Positions 33,659-42,741 of a stretch of 49,532 nucleotides of DNA are shown one piece after another. Source of the DNA: Candidatus Woesearchaeota archaeon (GTDB taxonomy: Archaea; Nanobdellota; Nanobdellia; Woesearchaeales; GW2011-AR9); assembly GCA_016214025.1 (NCBI GenBank), contig JACRPH010000028.1:1-49532 (forward strand), written 5' to 3'. The notes under the pieces were generated by a model, which had not been told where the DNA came from, ran no database searches, and worked only from the letters and a program-made list of their open reading frames with translations. The position numbers and the translations under genes are program-made. Position 1 is the first letter of the stretch. Every line of letters begins with the position of its first letter.

Positions 33659-34837
33659 CTACTTCTGTTTCTTTTTCCCTTTATGCATCTCTTTCCCCAG
33701 CTTCCGGCCCACTTCATCTTCTAACTTGTCCAAAGCAACTCTCACTGCCGTTTCTAAATCCCAATCATCATTGGAAGCGATGCAGATGTGCTTAGGCCAT
33801 TCTACCCGGACTGAAATGGAGAATTTTTCCCGGCCTTTCTCCTTCTTGCCGTATTCTTTCACATGAATTGCCATCAAAAATTCTAGTCCCAACTTGCGTT
33901 GAATTTTACTTGCTACCGAATCAGCCAGGTTTTGCAGGACAACCTTTTGGAACGGCTTGAGCTTGGCTTCTTTTATCCCCACAAATTGAAGGGTATAATC
34001 TTTGGTCAGGTTTTTTCGTCCCAGTTCTTTTAGTACGCTTCTGGCAGTAAGCATTCCTTTGTACTCTTCTTGAGCCATCACCAATAAATCATGCACACGG
34101 CGCTCTGCCATCAGCGACAGCGCTTTATCTAAACTATCCTCTGGAGAAATCGTCACTAAATTATCATTAGTGCTGCAGGAGGATACCGGCAGTGAAGCTA
34201 GTGAAGGGAGAACTCCTTCAGAGCCTTTGGCCCGGACTGCAGCAGCATTAAACCTTCCCGAAGTATCTTTCTGCGGAGCCCAATTTAAGAATTTTCGGAT
34301 AACGTCCCTGAAGCTAAGCACTCCATGTATCTTCCCATCATCAGTAATCGGAACATGATCCACATTTTCATCATGCATAATGGTTATCGCTTTAAACAAC
34401 TGTTCTTCTCTATCAACGGTAGTGGGATTAGACAACTTAATATCTTTAATTTTAACTTTCTTCATCTCGGGAAGAGTGGAGGCTAACCTTGCTAAATTCA
34501 ATGCGCTTATCACCCCAATTATCTTTTTGTCTTTCTCAACTGGAAGATAATCAACATTAGCGGTATGCATTAAGTTAGCTGCTTCAATAAGGTCAGTTTC
34601 TTCGGTTAGGATCGGTGTTGGATACAGATAATATCTCACTTTAATTTCTCCCATATCTACCCTAGATTTAAGCAGGGCATTCTTTTCTACTGTTCCTAGA
34701 TACTTATTCTTGCGGAACACTAATCCTACTCTCTTTTCAAAGTTCTGCAGCAGATTGATAATTTCAGCCAGAGTTGCATCTTCATCCAGAACGGCAAAAT
34801 CATTTTTAACAATTGGCTTGATATTCATATACACCAC
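33659..34837 (-). CDS. Four-CBS-domain protein with C-terminal HPF/RaiA-like domain (candidate ribosome hibernation factor)
   Basis: Four CBS repeats, followed by IHVKEY...KFSISVRVE...IASNDDWDLETAVRVALDKLEDEV. GAGGTG RBS. Confidence 0.75.
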   Translation of the reverse strand: MVYMNIKPIVKNDFAVLDEDATLAEIINLLQNFEKRVGLVFRKNKYLGTVEKNALLKSRVDMGEIKVRYYLYPTPILTEETDLIEAANLMHTANVDYLPVEKDKKIIGVISALNLARLASTLPEMKKVKIKDIKLSNPTTVDREEQLFKAITIMHDENVDHVPITDDGKIHGVLSFRDVIRKFLNWAPQKDTSGRFNAAAVRAKGSEGVLPSLASLPVSSCSTNDNLVTISPEDSLDKALSLMAERRVHDLLVMAQEEYKGMLTARSVLKELGRKNLTKDYTLQFVGIKEAKLKPFQKVVLQNLADSVASKIQRKLGLEFLMAIHVKEYGKKEKGREKFSISVRVEWPKHICIASNDDWDLETAVRVALDKLEDEVGRKLGKEMHKGKKKQK

Positions 34838-34910
34838 CTCATTTTTTAGGTTTATTTATTAATATTATACTGCAAATAATAGAAGAAGTATTTAAAGGCT
34901 TTGGGGGAGG

Positions 34911-35043
34911 GTATGTGCATAGCGTCATCAGGTCGAAATCCCAGTTCTTTGTAGAAGCTGGCTCGTTATCAGGGGAGGCTCCCTACGGGAAGATAGAGCC
35001 ATCGGAGTTCTCGTCGAGGATTTCGAAGATGCTATGCACATAC
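34911..35043. mobile_element. 133-bp MITE-like element
   Basis: Perfect 13-bp terminal inverted repeats GTATGTGCATAGC/GCTATGCACATAC, a subterminal IR TCGAAATCC/GGATTTCGA, and the flanking direct repeat GGGGAGG (34904-10 and 35044-50). Confidence 0.75.
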
Positions 35044-35337
35044 GGGGAGGGTGTTCTATTTTTGTTAATCATATGTAATCGCGATTATAGTAAACGTGTA
35101 ATTTCGTAATAATCTTTATTAATGACCCATTATTCTTAGATACAATGAATGAGGAGATAAGACGTTTAATAGATAGTGGTGGAACATCTGATTTTGAAGT
35201 TGTCGCAGGACAAAAGATTTTAGTAGAGAGAGGACAGTTTTGGATTTCCTATAAGAGTAAACCAGCCATCGCTACCAAAATAGATAGTAATGGTGCCATT
35301 CTCCTCTTTCACTTTCAGCCAAGTGTGTTGGTTGAGT

Positions 35338-35559
35338 TCATTCTCGTAAATCTTCATGCTCCCCACAAAGCCATTTTTCTGCATCTCTCTTTAAATTCTT
35401 ATTAATGTCCAAATCTCTGATTTTAATGTTCTTTAATATTTTGAGGTCATCAAGATTAAGCTTATCATCTGCAAACAATGCAGCAAATTTAATACAGGAA
35501 AATATTTTATCCCAATCTTCTTCTCTAATACCTCCAACGACATATAATTTCTTATTCAT
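35338..35559 (-). CDS. Small hypothetical protein, divergent from the R-M operon
   Basis: 73-aa ORF with a TATA-like element about 25-30 nt upstream. No motif recognised. Confidence 0.5.
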   Translation of the reverse strand: MNKKLYVVGGIREEDWDKIFSCIKFAALFADDKLNLDDLKILKNIKIRDLDINKNLKRDAEKWLCGEHEDLRE

Positions 35560-35576
35560 TTAATGCCCTTAATGTC

Positions 35577-35613
35577 ATGACCTATTTAAATCTTTGGTCA
35601 TAATTTGGTCATA
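35577..35613. promoter_or_regulatory. Operator-like sites around a TATA box between divergent genes
   Basis: ATGACC(35577-82)-TATTTAAA...-GGTCAT(35596-601) inverted pair, plus a direct repeat TTTGGTCATA at 11-nt spacing. Confidence 0.55.
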
Positions 35614-35649
35614 TATCTATATTAATTAGGTTACATCAGTGATATAAAT

Positions 35650-35931
35650 ATGGAATGGGATTTAAATGCGTTTATTATCAGAAGTGGTTATCGAAAGAAA
35701 GTATTTTTTGAACTTTCTAAGCCTCAAAGACCATCTCAAATAGCCAAAACTTTAGACCTGAGAATTACCCATGTTACGAGAGTACTAAGAGAATTAAAAC
35801 AGAAAAACCTAATTAAATGTCTTAACCCAAAGGAATCATTTGGAAGGTTCTATGAATTAACTCCTAAAGGGGAAAATGTTCTGAAAGAGGTAAAAAAATT
35901 AACCCAATCTTACGATGGTAAACGATTATAA
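35650..35931 (+). CDS. Small winged-helix regulator (controller-like) heading the R-M operon
   Basis: RPSQIAKTLDLRITHVTRVLRELKQKNLI...YELTPKG. Confidence 0.85.
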   Translation: MEWDLNAFIIRSGYRKKVFFELSKPQRPSQIAKTLDLRITHVTRVLRELKQKNLIKCLNPKESFGRFYELTPKGENVLKEVKKLTQSYDGKRL

Positions 35932-37081
35932 TCAAAAATATGTGGAATTTGCTTCTAATATTCATTTCTACGAATTTTTGCTAGATGAATTTAAAAAACC
36001 ACACTTTGAACTAGAAAAATATTCACCGGAGATTAGCAAACTAGAGGTTAAAACTAATTGGGATGTAATCGCATTGAGTAATTTTCTGAGAACACATCCA
36101 AAATCATTTGATCTATTTCAAGAGATTTTTCAACTAACAAGATTTACAAATACTCAGCTAACTCATTTTTTATTTGATGTGGCCTTATTAAACAATGCGA
36201 ACAAAAACATCTTAAAAAAATATTTAATAAAAAACCTAGAAGATGATGAATATTTCTATAAAAAGTATATCTCGGAATTAAAGAGGAATAAAATTGAAGT
36301 TGATTCTAACAATTTAATTAATGTAATCAATGACAATGAGGTTTTATTTGATTCATTCATCTGGATATTCAAAAGTGTTGTTTCTAGGTATGTTTCAGAT
36401 AGTGTAGCCAAAGTGGAACTATTACATAATAGGTTATCAAAAGAGGCATTTAAAGATGTATCTGAAAGAACTGCTAAATATTTAATGGGTAATTTAAAGT
36501 TAAATAATATCTTAAAAGGAATAGATATTAAAGAATTTCTTTTAAATAAGAGAATGGGTATTGATACCAAATCCCTCCATGGAAAATTTGGTAACATAAA
36601 AATAAAAAACATTTTAGAAAAACACAAACTAATTAATGTCGATGATATTTTTAATGAATTGGGAATAAAGAAATTACCTCGAAAATTAACTAATCCTCAA
36701 TTAGAAAAGTATGCTAATCAAATTATTTATGTGACCGAGAAATATTTAGACGGGATAAGTAAAAGAAAAGATAACAAATTAAAAAAGTTTGATTTTATTA
36801 TTATTTATAATTTAAAACCAAAAATACTCATCGAAACAAATTTTTATTCTACTTCTGGCACCAAAATAGGAATTAATCAAGGAGAATATGTAGATTTAAA
36901 ACAAGATATTGAAAAATTATCTGATAATTATATCTTTTTATGGATTACAGATGGAAATTATTGGCTGACTTGTGATGGACATTCCAGATTAATTCACTTG
37001 TACACTTACTTTGGTGATCAAATTTTGAATTATAACCTTTTTGATAAAAAATTGTTCGAATTAACTGAAAAATTACAATGA
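35915..37081 (+). CDS. DpnII/MboI-family type II restriction endonuclease
   Basis: KKFDFII, ILIETNFYSTSGTKI and FLWITDGNYW match the DpnII-family catalytic region. Longer N-terminus than DpnII. Confidence 0.8.
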   Translation: MVNDYNQKYVEFASNIHFYEFLLDEFKKPHFELEKYSPEISKLEVKTNWDVIALSNFLRTHPKSFDLFQEIFQLTRFTNTQLTHFLFDVALLNNANKNILKKYLIKNLEDDEYFYKKYISELKRNKIEVDSNNLINVINDNEVLFDSFIWIFKSVVSRYVSDSVAKVELLHNRLSKEAFKDVSERTAKYLMGNLKLNNILKGIDIKEFLLNKRMGIDTKSLHGKFGNIKIKNILEKHKLINVDDIFNELGIKKLPRKLTNPQLEKYANQIIYVTEKYLDGISKRKDNKLKKFDFIIIYNLKPKILIETNFYSTSGTKIGINQGEYVDLKQDIEKLSDNYIFLWITDGNYWLTCDGHSRLIHLYTYFGDQILNYNLFDKKLFELTEKLQ

Positions 37082-37842
37082 AAACAACTCATAAAATAAT
37101 AATAGGAGATGCAATAGAAGAATTAAAAAAAATTCCGACAGAATCTATAGAACTAATTTTCGCTGACCCACCTTATAACCTGTCCAAAAAAAACGGACTT
37201 GGATGGAAGTACTCAAAACACGTTACAATGCAGGAAGAATGGGATATGTTTTCGAAGGATGGCTATTATAAATTCAATAAAGAATGGATAAAAGAAGCTT
37301 TACGTGTTTTAAAACATGGGGGTAGTTTATGGATCTGTGGAAGTTTCCATAATATTTATCAGGTAGGGTTTATCTTGCAACAAATTGAGGATGTAAAGAT
37401 AAATAATTCAATTGTATGGTTTAAGCCTAACGCTCAACCTAATATCACTTGTAGAATGTTTACGGAGTCTACTGAGCATTTGATATGGGCATCTAAAAAT
37501 GGCAATAATCAAAAATGGACTTTTAATTACGAAGATACTAAGAATTTGATTTTTGATAATATCAATCCAAAAGGAAAACAAACAAGAAATGTTTGGAGTA
37601 TTGCATTAACTCCAAAAAAAGAGAAATGGGCTGGGGAACATCCTACACAAAAGCCAGAGGAATTGTTGAGAAGAGTTATTTTAGCTTGTACTAAACCGGG
37701 AGAAACGGTTTTAGACCCTTTTGTTGGTTCTGGAACTACTTCAGTTGTTGCTAAAAGATTAGGAAGAAATTCTATAGGTATTGAAAAAGAAGCTAAGTAT
37801 CTTAACATAATTAATAGAAGATTAGAACAACAAAACCTCTAA
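37078..37842 (+). CDS. Beta-class N6-adenine/N4-cytosine DNA methyltransferase (DpnA-like)
   Basis: FADPPY precedes HPTQKPEELL and VLDPFVGSGTT (beta motif order). ATGA overlap with the REase gene. Confidence 0.93.
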   Translation: MKTTHKIIIGDAIEELKKIPTESIELIFADPPYNLSKKNGLGWKYSKHVTMQEEWDMFSKDGYYKFNKEWIKEALRVLKHGGSLWICGSFHNIYQVGFILQQIEDVKINNSIVWFKPNAQPNITCRMFTESTEHLIWASKNGNNQKWTFNYEDTKNLIFDNINPKGKQTRNVWSIALTPKKEKWAGEHPTQKPEELLRRVILACTKPGETVLDPFVGSGTTSVVAKRLGRNSIGIEKEAKYLNIINRRLEQQNL

Positions 37843-37895
37843 AAGTAGGTTTCTCCAACCAATTTGATGCAGTTAAATATGATAGTAAAGATTTA

Positions 37896-38510
37896 TTGCC
37901 CCCTATATTGAGGGAGAAAGAGTATTTTATCATCCATTTAGGTAAAGGTAAACATGCTTTCGTAAAAGGAGAAGGTTATCATACATTTGAACCAGTTAAA
38001 AAAATGGTGGATTGGTCGTGTAAGAATAGCATATTCAACAAAATTGGAAAAAGCGAAGCTTCAACAGTTTCTGACGTTTTTAATACCAAGATAATCCATG
38101 ATTTTGTTTTTGGAGACGTCAAAAAAGAGTTATTTGTTCATACTGCTAGAAGAAGTAAAACGTCGTTTGATTTAGAGTTTAATGGAGACACGCTCCACGC
38201 AGACAAATTGCAAATAGAAATAGATGGATTCTACGAAACGGACGATTCTATCATTTGTGTTGAAGCAAAAAATGTGGAGCATGATGATTTTGAGATAAGG
38301 CAAGTTCACTCAACTATGATATATTTTGATAATTTTCAGAAAGCGGGAATTATCCCAAAAGATTACAAGATATATTTCTTATTTATTGTCAGGGTTATTA
38401 ACAAAGGAGAAGATTCTTTTAGATTATATGAATACAAGTTTGACGATATCAGACAGCTCAATTCTATTCGGTTGGTTAAGAATAAGCAGTATAATGTAAA
38501 GTTCTCTTAA
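37896..38510 (+). CDS. Second PD-(D/E)xK nuclease (type II restriction-enzyme-like), possibly 5'-truncated
   Basis: QIEIDGFYE...CVEAKN...FEIRQ catalytic pattern. TTG start; the frame is open upstream (KYDSKDLLP) without an ATG. Confidence 0.65.
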   Translation: MPPILREKEYFIIHLGKGKHAFVKGEGYHTFEPVKKMVDWSCKNSIFNKIGKSEASTVSDVFNTKIIHDFVFGDVKKELFVHTARRSKTSFDLEFNGDTLHADKLQIEIDGFYETDDSIICVEAKNVEHDDFEIRQVHSTMIYFDNFQKAGIIPKDYKIYFLFIVRVINKGEDSFRLYEYKFDDIRQLNSIRLVKNKQYNVKFS

Positions 38511-38684
38511 GTCCTTCCAGAAACTTTCCTAAGCTGAGGCAACCTCTGCTACCTCGAATGTATGGAGTGCGCCCCAAAAATGGGACAGATAGTTAAGCAA
38601 ATTTAAGTATAACCTATTTTACCCATACAAAAGACGGTGAAAGTTTTTGGGAAGATTTTTATTGTCGTGAGTTATTCAAGCATC

Positions 38685-39017
38685 ATGCTCACCTGGAATG
38701 ATTTTGAAAAAGTAGAAATGCATGTTGGTACAATCATTAATGTAGAAGACTTCCCTAATGCTAAGAATCCTGCTTACAAGCTAACAATAGACTTCGGAAA
38801 AGAAATTGGACTAAAAAAATCCAGCGCACAAATAACTAACCTCTACCCCCAAGAAAAATTAATCGGAAAACAAATCATTGCGGTTACCAACTTTTCTCCT
38901 AAGCAAGTGGCTAATTTCATCTCAGAATGTTTAGTCTTAGGGGTAGTATTGGAAAACAAGGAAGTAGTTTTATTACAACCAGAAAGGAAAGTGCTTAACG
39001 GATTTAAAGTGGCGTAG
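38685..39017 (+). CDS. csaA: tRNA-binding OB-fold protein / CsaA chaperone
   Basis: FEKVEMHVGTI, AKNPAYKLTIDFG, KKSSAQIT, AVTNFSPKQVANFISECLVLG. 110 aa from the Met at 38685. Confidence 0.92.
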   Translation: MLTWNDFEKVEMHVGTIINVEDFPNAKNPAYKLTIDFGKEIGLKKSSAQITNLYPQEKLIGKQIIAVTNFSPKQVANFISECLVLGVVLENKEVVLLQPERKVLNGFKVA

Positions 39018-41007
39018 AATTAAAAAACTCCCTCAACAGTCTCTTGTAATCCTTGCTAACCCTCAGCCCCTCGCGGGAAAAACAGCAGTAATACTGCTCT
39101 CCTACGAACCTATCGTCAAGATAAATAACCACACCTTTATCGGTCTCACTTCGGATACATCTTCCTGCTGATTGGAAGCACTTATTCATCGCCGGATAAA
39201 TGTAGCCGTAATTCCATCCCCGGCCAAATTTCTGGTCGTAATAATTGATAATTTCCCGGGTGAATAAATCCGGCTTGGCTAATGGCAGTCCCACTACCAC
39301 TACGCCGTTCAATAAATCTCCCGGCAAGTCAATTCCCTCGGCAAAGTTTGCTCCGGCTACTCCTAGTAGCACTCCTCCGGCATTTTTCTCTGCTTTGAAC
39401 AGTTCTAAAAATACATCTTTTTCTTCTTTATTCATCTCACTTTTCTCCCAGAACAGCTTTTTCGGAGTAATGATAAACTTGGCAATATTATCTCTTAGTT
39501 CATACGACGGGAAGAACAGAGCCAGGTTTCCGGGAATTAACCCACATAACTCCGAACACTTCTCTGCTATCTTCTTAAACATGGTTTCGTTCCTCATTGT
39601 ATACTTAGTAGACGTCTCCGGGATGATTATGGATAATTTATTCTCCGATGGAAACGGAGATACATATTCTTTTTCAATCCCCGAATCAATCCCCAGCACA
39701 TTCTTGTACATGTGCGTAGGCTTTAGGGTTCCGCTCATTATGATTCCGGCATGGATATTGTTAAATACGTCTCGGGTTACTAGGCTGGGGTCGAGGCAGG
39801 AATAATTTAGACCGATAACTTCTCCAAATCTTCCTCTTCGTTGGGAGATATACCGCACAAATCCCTGCTCTTCCCCATTCTTCCACATATCTAGAAAACT
39901 ATGGACTCCTCCCAGATAACTCTTATGTCTTTTTTTTCTCACTTCATCCGCGGCAAATTCCAGCTCTTCCAGAAATTGATCATAATTTAATCTCTGCTGT
40001 ACTTTAAATATAAATTCTTCTTTGCTTACCTTCTTCTCGCGCTCGTGCAGCTCAGAAAACTGCGCCAGCTCATTTAATACTGCATTTAAGTCAGCCAGCC
40101 ATCCTAACAGCCCATTAAACCGGAATTTTTTTGCTTCGTAAATGCTGTTCTTGAGCATATTCGTGGTTAGCATATTACTCAGCATATCGGTAACTCTTCC
40201 TGGAAGATTATGCCCTTCATCCAGAATTAGAATAATGTCCTGGACTTCCTTGTCCATCTTCTGCAGTACAGTTTTGGCAGCATAAGTGCTGAATAAATAA
40301 TTGTAATCACCGATTAATATCCGGGCATCTTTGGCTAATAACAGAGCCATCTCATAGCTGCACAAGTTTTGGGCGTTGCATTCTGCGGTCAGCTCTTCGT
40401 TATGCAGGGGCCCTCTTAATTTCAATTTGCCTAAGCAGCGTTTGGCTTCTACGGTAACTTCCTTCTTCTGCCTGATATGGGTGTAAAATTCACATTCTCC
40501 TTTCTCTACCACGCTTTTACAGTATTCGTTAAACTCATTCCCGAACAGGTTAGCTACATCCTGGTTGCACATCCAGCGTTTGCCGATTAAATCCACGCAC
40601 GGCAGCTCCAGTTTAGTTTTGTGCTGGATTTGTTTTAGTGTATTTACTGCTATCTGGTGCTGGGTATGCCGGTTAGTGAGAAAAAATACAACTTTATTTT
40701 CTTTCAGTGCATGCTTTAATGCCACGCACAAAGCCGCCGCCGTTTTTCCCATTCCCGTGGGCGCATGGGCGATTAAAACTTTCTTTTCGGCACAAGCTTT
40801 ATCCAAATCATGGATTAATTCATCCTGTCCCCGGCGGATGGATTCGTGAGGAAAGAGCTGGTCTAAGTTTAGCTCTGGCTTCTTTCCGTGCTTTAATTCC
40901 TCTAGCTTCTGGGTGAGCGAGGGTTCAGGGGTATTATCTGCCTTAACTGGCTCTACTACTGGTTCTGGTTCGTCTTTAAATTCAGGAACATATTCTTCAG
41001 GAGGCAT
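39004..41007 (-). CDS. xpd: XPD/Rad3/DinG-family Fe-S DNA helicase
   Basis: Q motif (IRRGQ), HAPTGMGKT, Fe-S cysteines (GKRWMC, YC...GEC, LCSY), ILDEGHNL, SGTL, FAEGIDL and QSAGRCIR. Confidence 0.92.
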   Translation of the reverse strand: MPPEEYVPEFKDEPEPVVEPVKADNTPEPSLTQKLEELKHGKKPELNLDQLFPHESIRRGQDELIHDLDKACAEKKVLIAHAPTGMGKTAAALCVALKHALKENKVVFFLTNRHTQHQIAVNTLKQIQHKTKLELPCVDLIGKRWMCNQDVANLFGNEFNEYCKSVVEKGECEFYTHIRQKKEVTVEAKRCLGKLKLRGPLHNEELTAECNAQNLCSYEMALLLAKDARILIGDYNYLFSTYAAKTVLQKMDKEVQDIILILDEGHNLPGRVTDMLSNMLTTNMLKNSIYEAKKFRFNGLLGWLADLNAVLNELAQFSELHEREKKVSKEEFIFKVQQRLNYDQFLEELEFAADEVRKKRHKSYLGGVHSFLDMWKNGEEQGFVRYISQRRGRFGEVIGLNYSCLDPSLVTRDVFNNIHAGIIMSGTLKPTHMYKNVLGIDSGIEKEYVSPFPSENKLSIIIPETSTKYTMRNETMFKKIAEKCSELCGLIPGNLALFFPSYELRDNIAKFIITPKKLFWEKSEMNKEEKDVFLELFKAEKNAGGVLLGVAGANFAEGIDLPGDLLNGVVVVGLPLAKPDLFTREIINYYDQKFGRGWNYGYIYPAMNKCFQSAGRCIRSETDKGVVIYLDDRFVGEQYYCCFSREGLRVSKDYKRLLREFFNSTPL

Positions 41008-41108
41008 GGATTTATCAGAATTGTAAGTAAGTTAAAAAGATATTGGAATTCAAATAGAAAAGTAACAAATACACAAAAAGAAGAAACAAATTCCTGAAAG
41101 AAAAAACC

Positions 41109-41219
41109 TTACTTCTCTTTCCTTCTTATCACCAAGAATCCGCCAATGGTTACCACCATGATCAATATAATGGCATAATCGCTGAATTCGGGAACGGCAG
41201 GAGGATCAGCGCCACTTAT
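41109..41219 (-). pseudogene. Orphan PEF-CTERM sorting-signal remnant
   Basis: ISGADPPAVPEFSDYAIILIMVVTIGGFLVIRRKEK*: VPEF motif, TM helix and basic tail. An in-frame TAA lies immediately upstream and there is no start codon. Confidence 0.75.
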
Positions 41220-41290
41220 TTAAAAAAAAACAGAAGAAATCTAAAAAATATGGAAAAATTTATATACTTCTTATTTTTCTTAGATGAATC

Positions 41291-42433
41291 ATGAGATTTA
41301 ATCCATTTAACCCCCAATTGCCAGCCAGACCAGACTTTTTTGTAGGCCGTGAACCAGAAATTATAACTTTTGAGAAATATTTAGTTCAAACCATGCACAA
41401 CTCTCCCATGAGCCTATCTGTTACCGGCAATCGGGGGATGGGGAAAACATCTCTGCTGATGAAATTTGAACAAGTAGCTAAAGAAAATTCTTGCTTGGTA
41501 GTTAGATTATCAAATTATGAAAGCAATATTAAAGATATAATTGATTTATGCGACTTCATTGCTTTGAACATTAAAAGTGAGATCTTAAGCAAAAAAAAAC
41601 TTGAGCGTTTGGGTGAATGGGTCAAAGCATTTAAGCCAACTTTGGGCTGGAATGATTTTACCTTGACTTTAGAAAAGAAGCAGGTTGCACAGGAACTATT
41701 CCGGCAAAAGTTAACTAAACTCTGGAAGGAATCCAAACCCGACTTTAAGGCTATTGTTTTACTAATTGATGAGGCCGAATCCCTGGAGAAAGTTCCGGGG
41801 GCGTTGACTTTTCTTAGAGAGGTGTTTCAGAGAATCTCTTCCGAGGCGAATTATATGGTGGTGTTGGCCGGCAAGCTCAATTTTCCAGAGAAAATGTCTG
41901 AATCTTTTTCCCCTTTAAACCGTTTTTTTCCAGCCCAAAAGCTTAGGTCGTTAAGCCAGCAAGAGATGAAAGAGTATCTTAAACGAAAATTAAACCCAGA
42001 AAACCTAGATATCACTGATGAAGCAGTTAATTATCTGGTGGGGAAGAGCGAGGGGCACCCTTATGTTTTTGTAGCCATGTGCTATCTCCTTTTTGATTCA
42101 TTAAATGATGAGGATTCTTTAATCGATTCTAACTTAATTGAACGAAGCGCATTAAAAATAAAAAGCCATTTGGCCAAAGATTTCTTTTCTCCGATGTTCC
42201 ACCCTTTGAGCAAAAAAGCTAAAGAAATTTTGATTGCCATCTGCACCAACTCTAAAAAGAATGAATTTACGTTAAAAGAAGCAACAAAATGGTCCAAAGA
42301 AACAAGTTCTTATCTTTCTCCGTATATTCTAGAATTGTTAAAGCGGGGAATTTTAAACAAGCCAGAAAGGGCGACTTACTGTATTTTTCACACTCTTTTT
42401 TTGGAATATGTTCTTGAGGTTAAAGACGACTAG
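41291..42433 (+). CDS. Archaeal STAND-like AAA+ ATPase with C-terminal wHTH
   Basis: FNPFNP...FFVGREPE, GNRGMGKT, LLIDEAE and GHPY. Paralogue of 17089-18294. Confidence 0.88.
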   Translation: MRFNPFNPQLPARPDFFVGREPEIITFEKYLVQTMHNSPMSLSVTGNRGMGKTSLLMKFEQVAKENSCLVVRLSNYESNIKDIIDLCDFIALNIKSEILSKKKLERLGEWVKAFKPTLGWNDFTLTLEKKQVAQELFRQKLTKLWKESKPDFKAIVLLIDEAESLEKVPGALTFLREVFQRISSEANYMVVLAGKLNFPEKMSESFSPLNRFFPAQKLRSLSQQEMKEYLKRKLNPENLDITDEAVNYLVGKSEGHPYVFVAMCYLLFDSLNDEDSLIDSNLIERSALKIKSHLAKDFFSPMFHPLSKKAKEILIAICTNSKKNEFTLKEATKWSKETSSYLSPYILELLKRGILNKPERATYCIFHTLFLEYVLEVKDD

Positions 42434-42447
42434 TAATATATATACCC

Positions 42448-42693
42448 GATGACATAAATTTTTATACAAAAGAGTATGTCATCTCCTAATAAGTAAGTGA
42501 CATTTTGTACAAAAGCTAATGTCACTTTTAGATAACTGCGTAAGTTATATCACATTAGTACGCAGTTATCTAATAGTATATCAAACGTATTTGATATAGC
42601 GAGACTTGTCGAGCGTAAACTGCGTCGACAAGTGTTTAAGCACAGGATAAGGAAACGTGCTGCAAGTTACGCAGTTTACTATACTATAGTAAG
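42448..42693. repeat. Dense intergenic array of inverted repeats
   Basis: GATGACATA/TATGTCATC, AAGTGACATT/AATGTCACTT, TAGATAACTGCGTA/TACGCAGTTATCTA, TATATCAAA/TTTGATATA, ACTTGTCGA/TCGACAAGT, GTAAACTGCGT/ACGCAGTTTAC and TTACTATA/TATAGTAA. Confidence 0.9.
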
Positions 42694-42741
42694 AGATAAT
42701 TGACAAAAACCATTATAAAGAAGTATTCGTTTTCTAACCAT

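Noticed and set aside
34929-34943. tRNA T-loop-like GGTCGAAATCCC
   Set aside because: No T-stem, acceptor stem or cloverleaf can be formed; the bases instead pair with 35018-35026.
35086-35095. Third copy of TATAGTAAAC resembling the palindrome-family motif
   Set aside because: A 9-10-mer this AT-rich is expected by chance in 50 kb, and it has no inverted partner.
34915-35109. 64-aa ORF
   Set aside because: Runs through the MITE-like inverted-repeat element, with no RBS or protein motif.
35145-35405. 86-aa plus-strand ORF, and a competing 45-codon minus-strand ORF (MKIYENELNQHTWLKV...)
   Set aside because: They overlap each other and the 35338-35559 gene, and neither has a recognisable motif, so I cannot decide which, if either, is real.
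38511-38600. Relatively GC-rich stretch after the R-M island, possible gene remnant or att site
   Set aside because: No matching repeat was found on the other side of the island, and all frames are short and unrecognisable.
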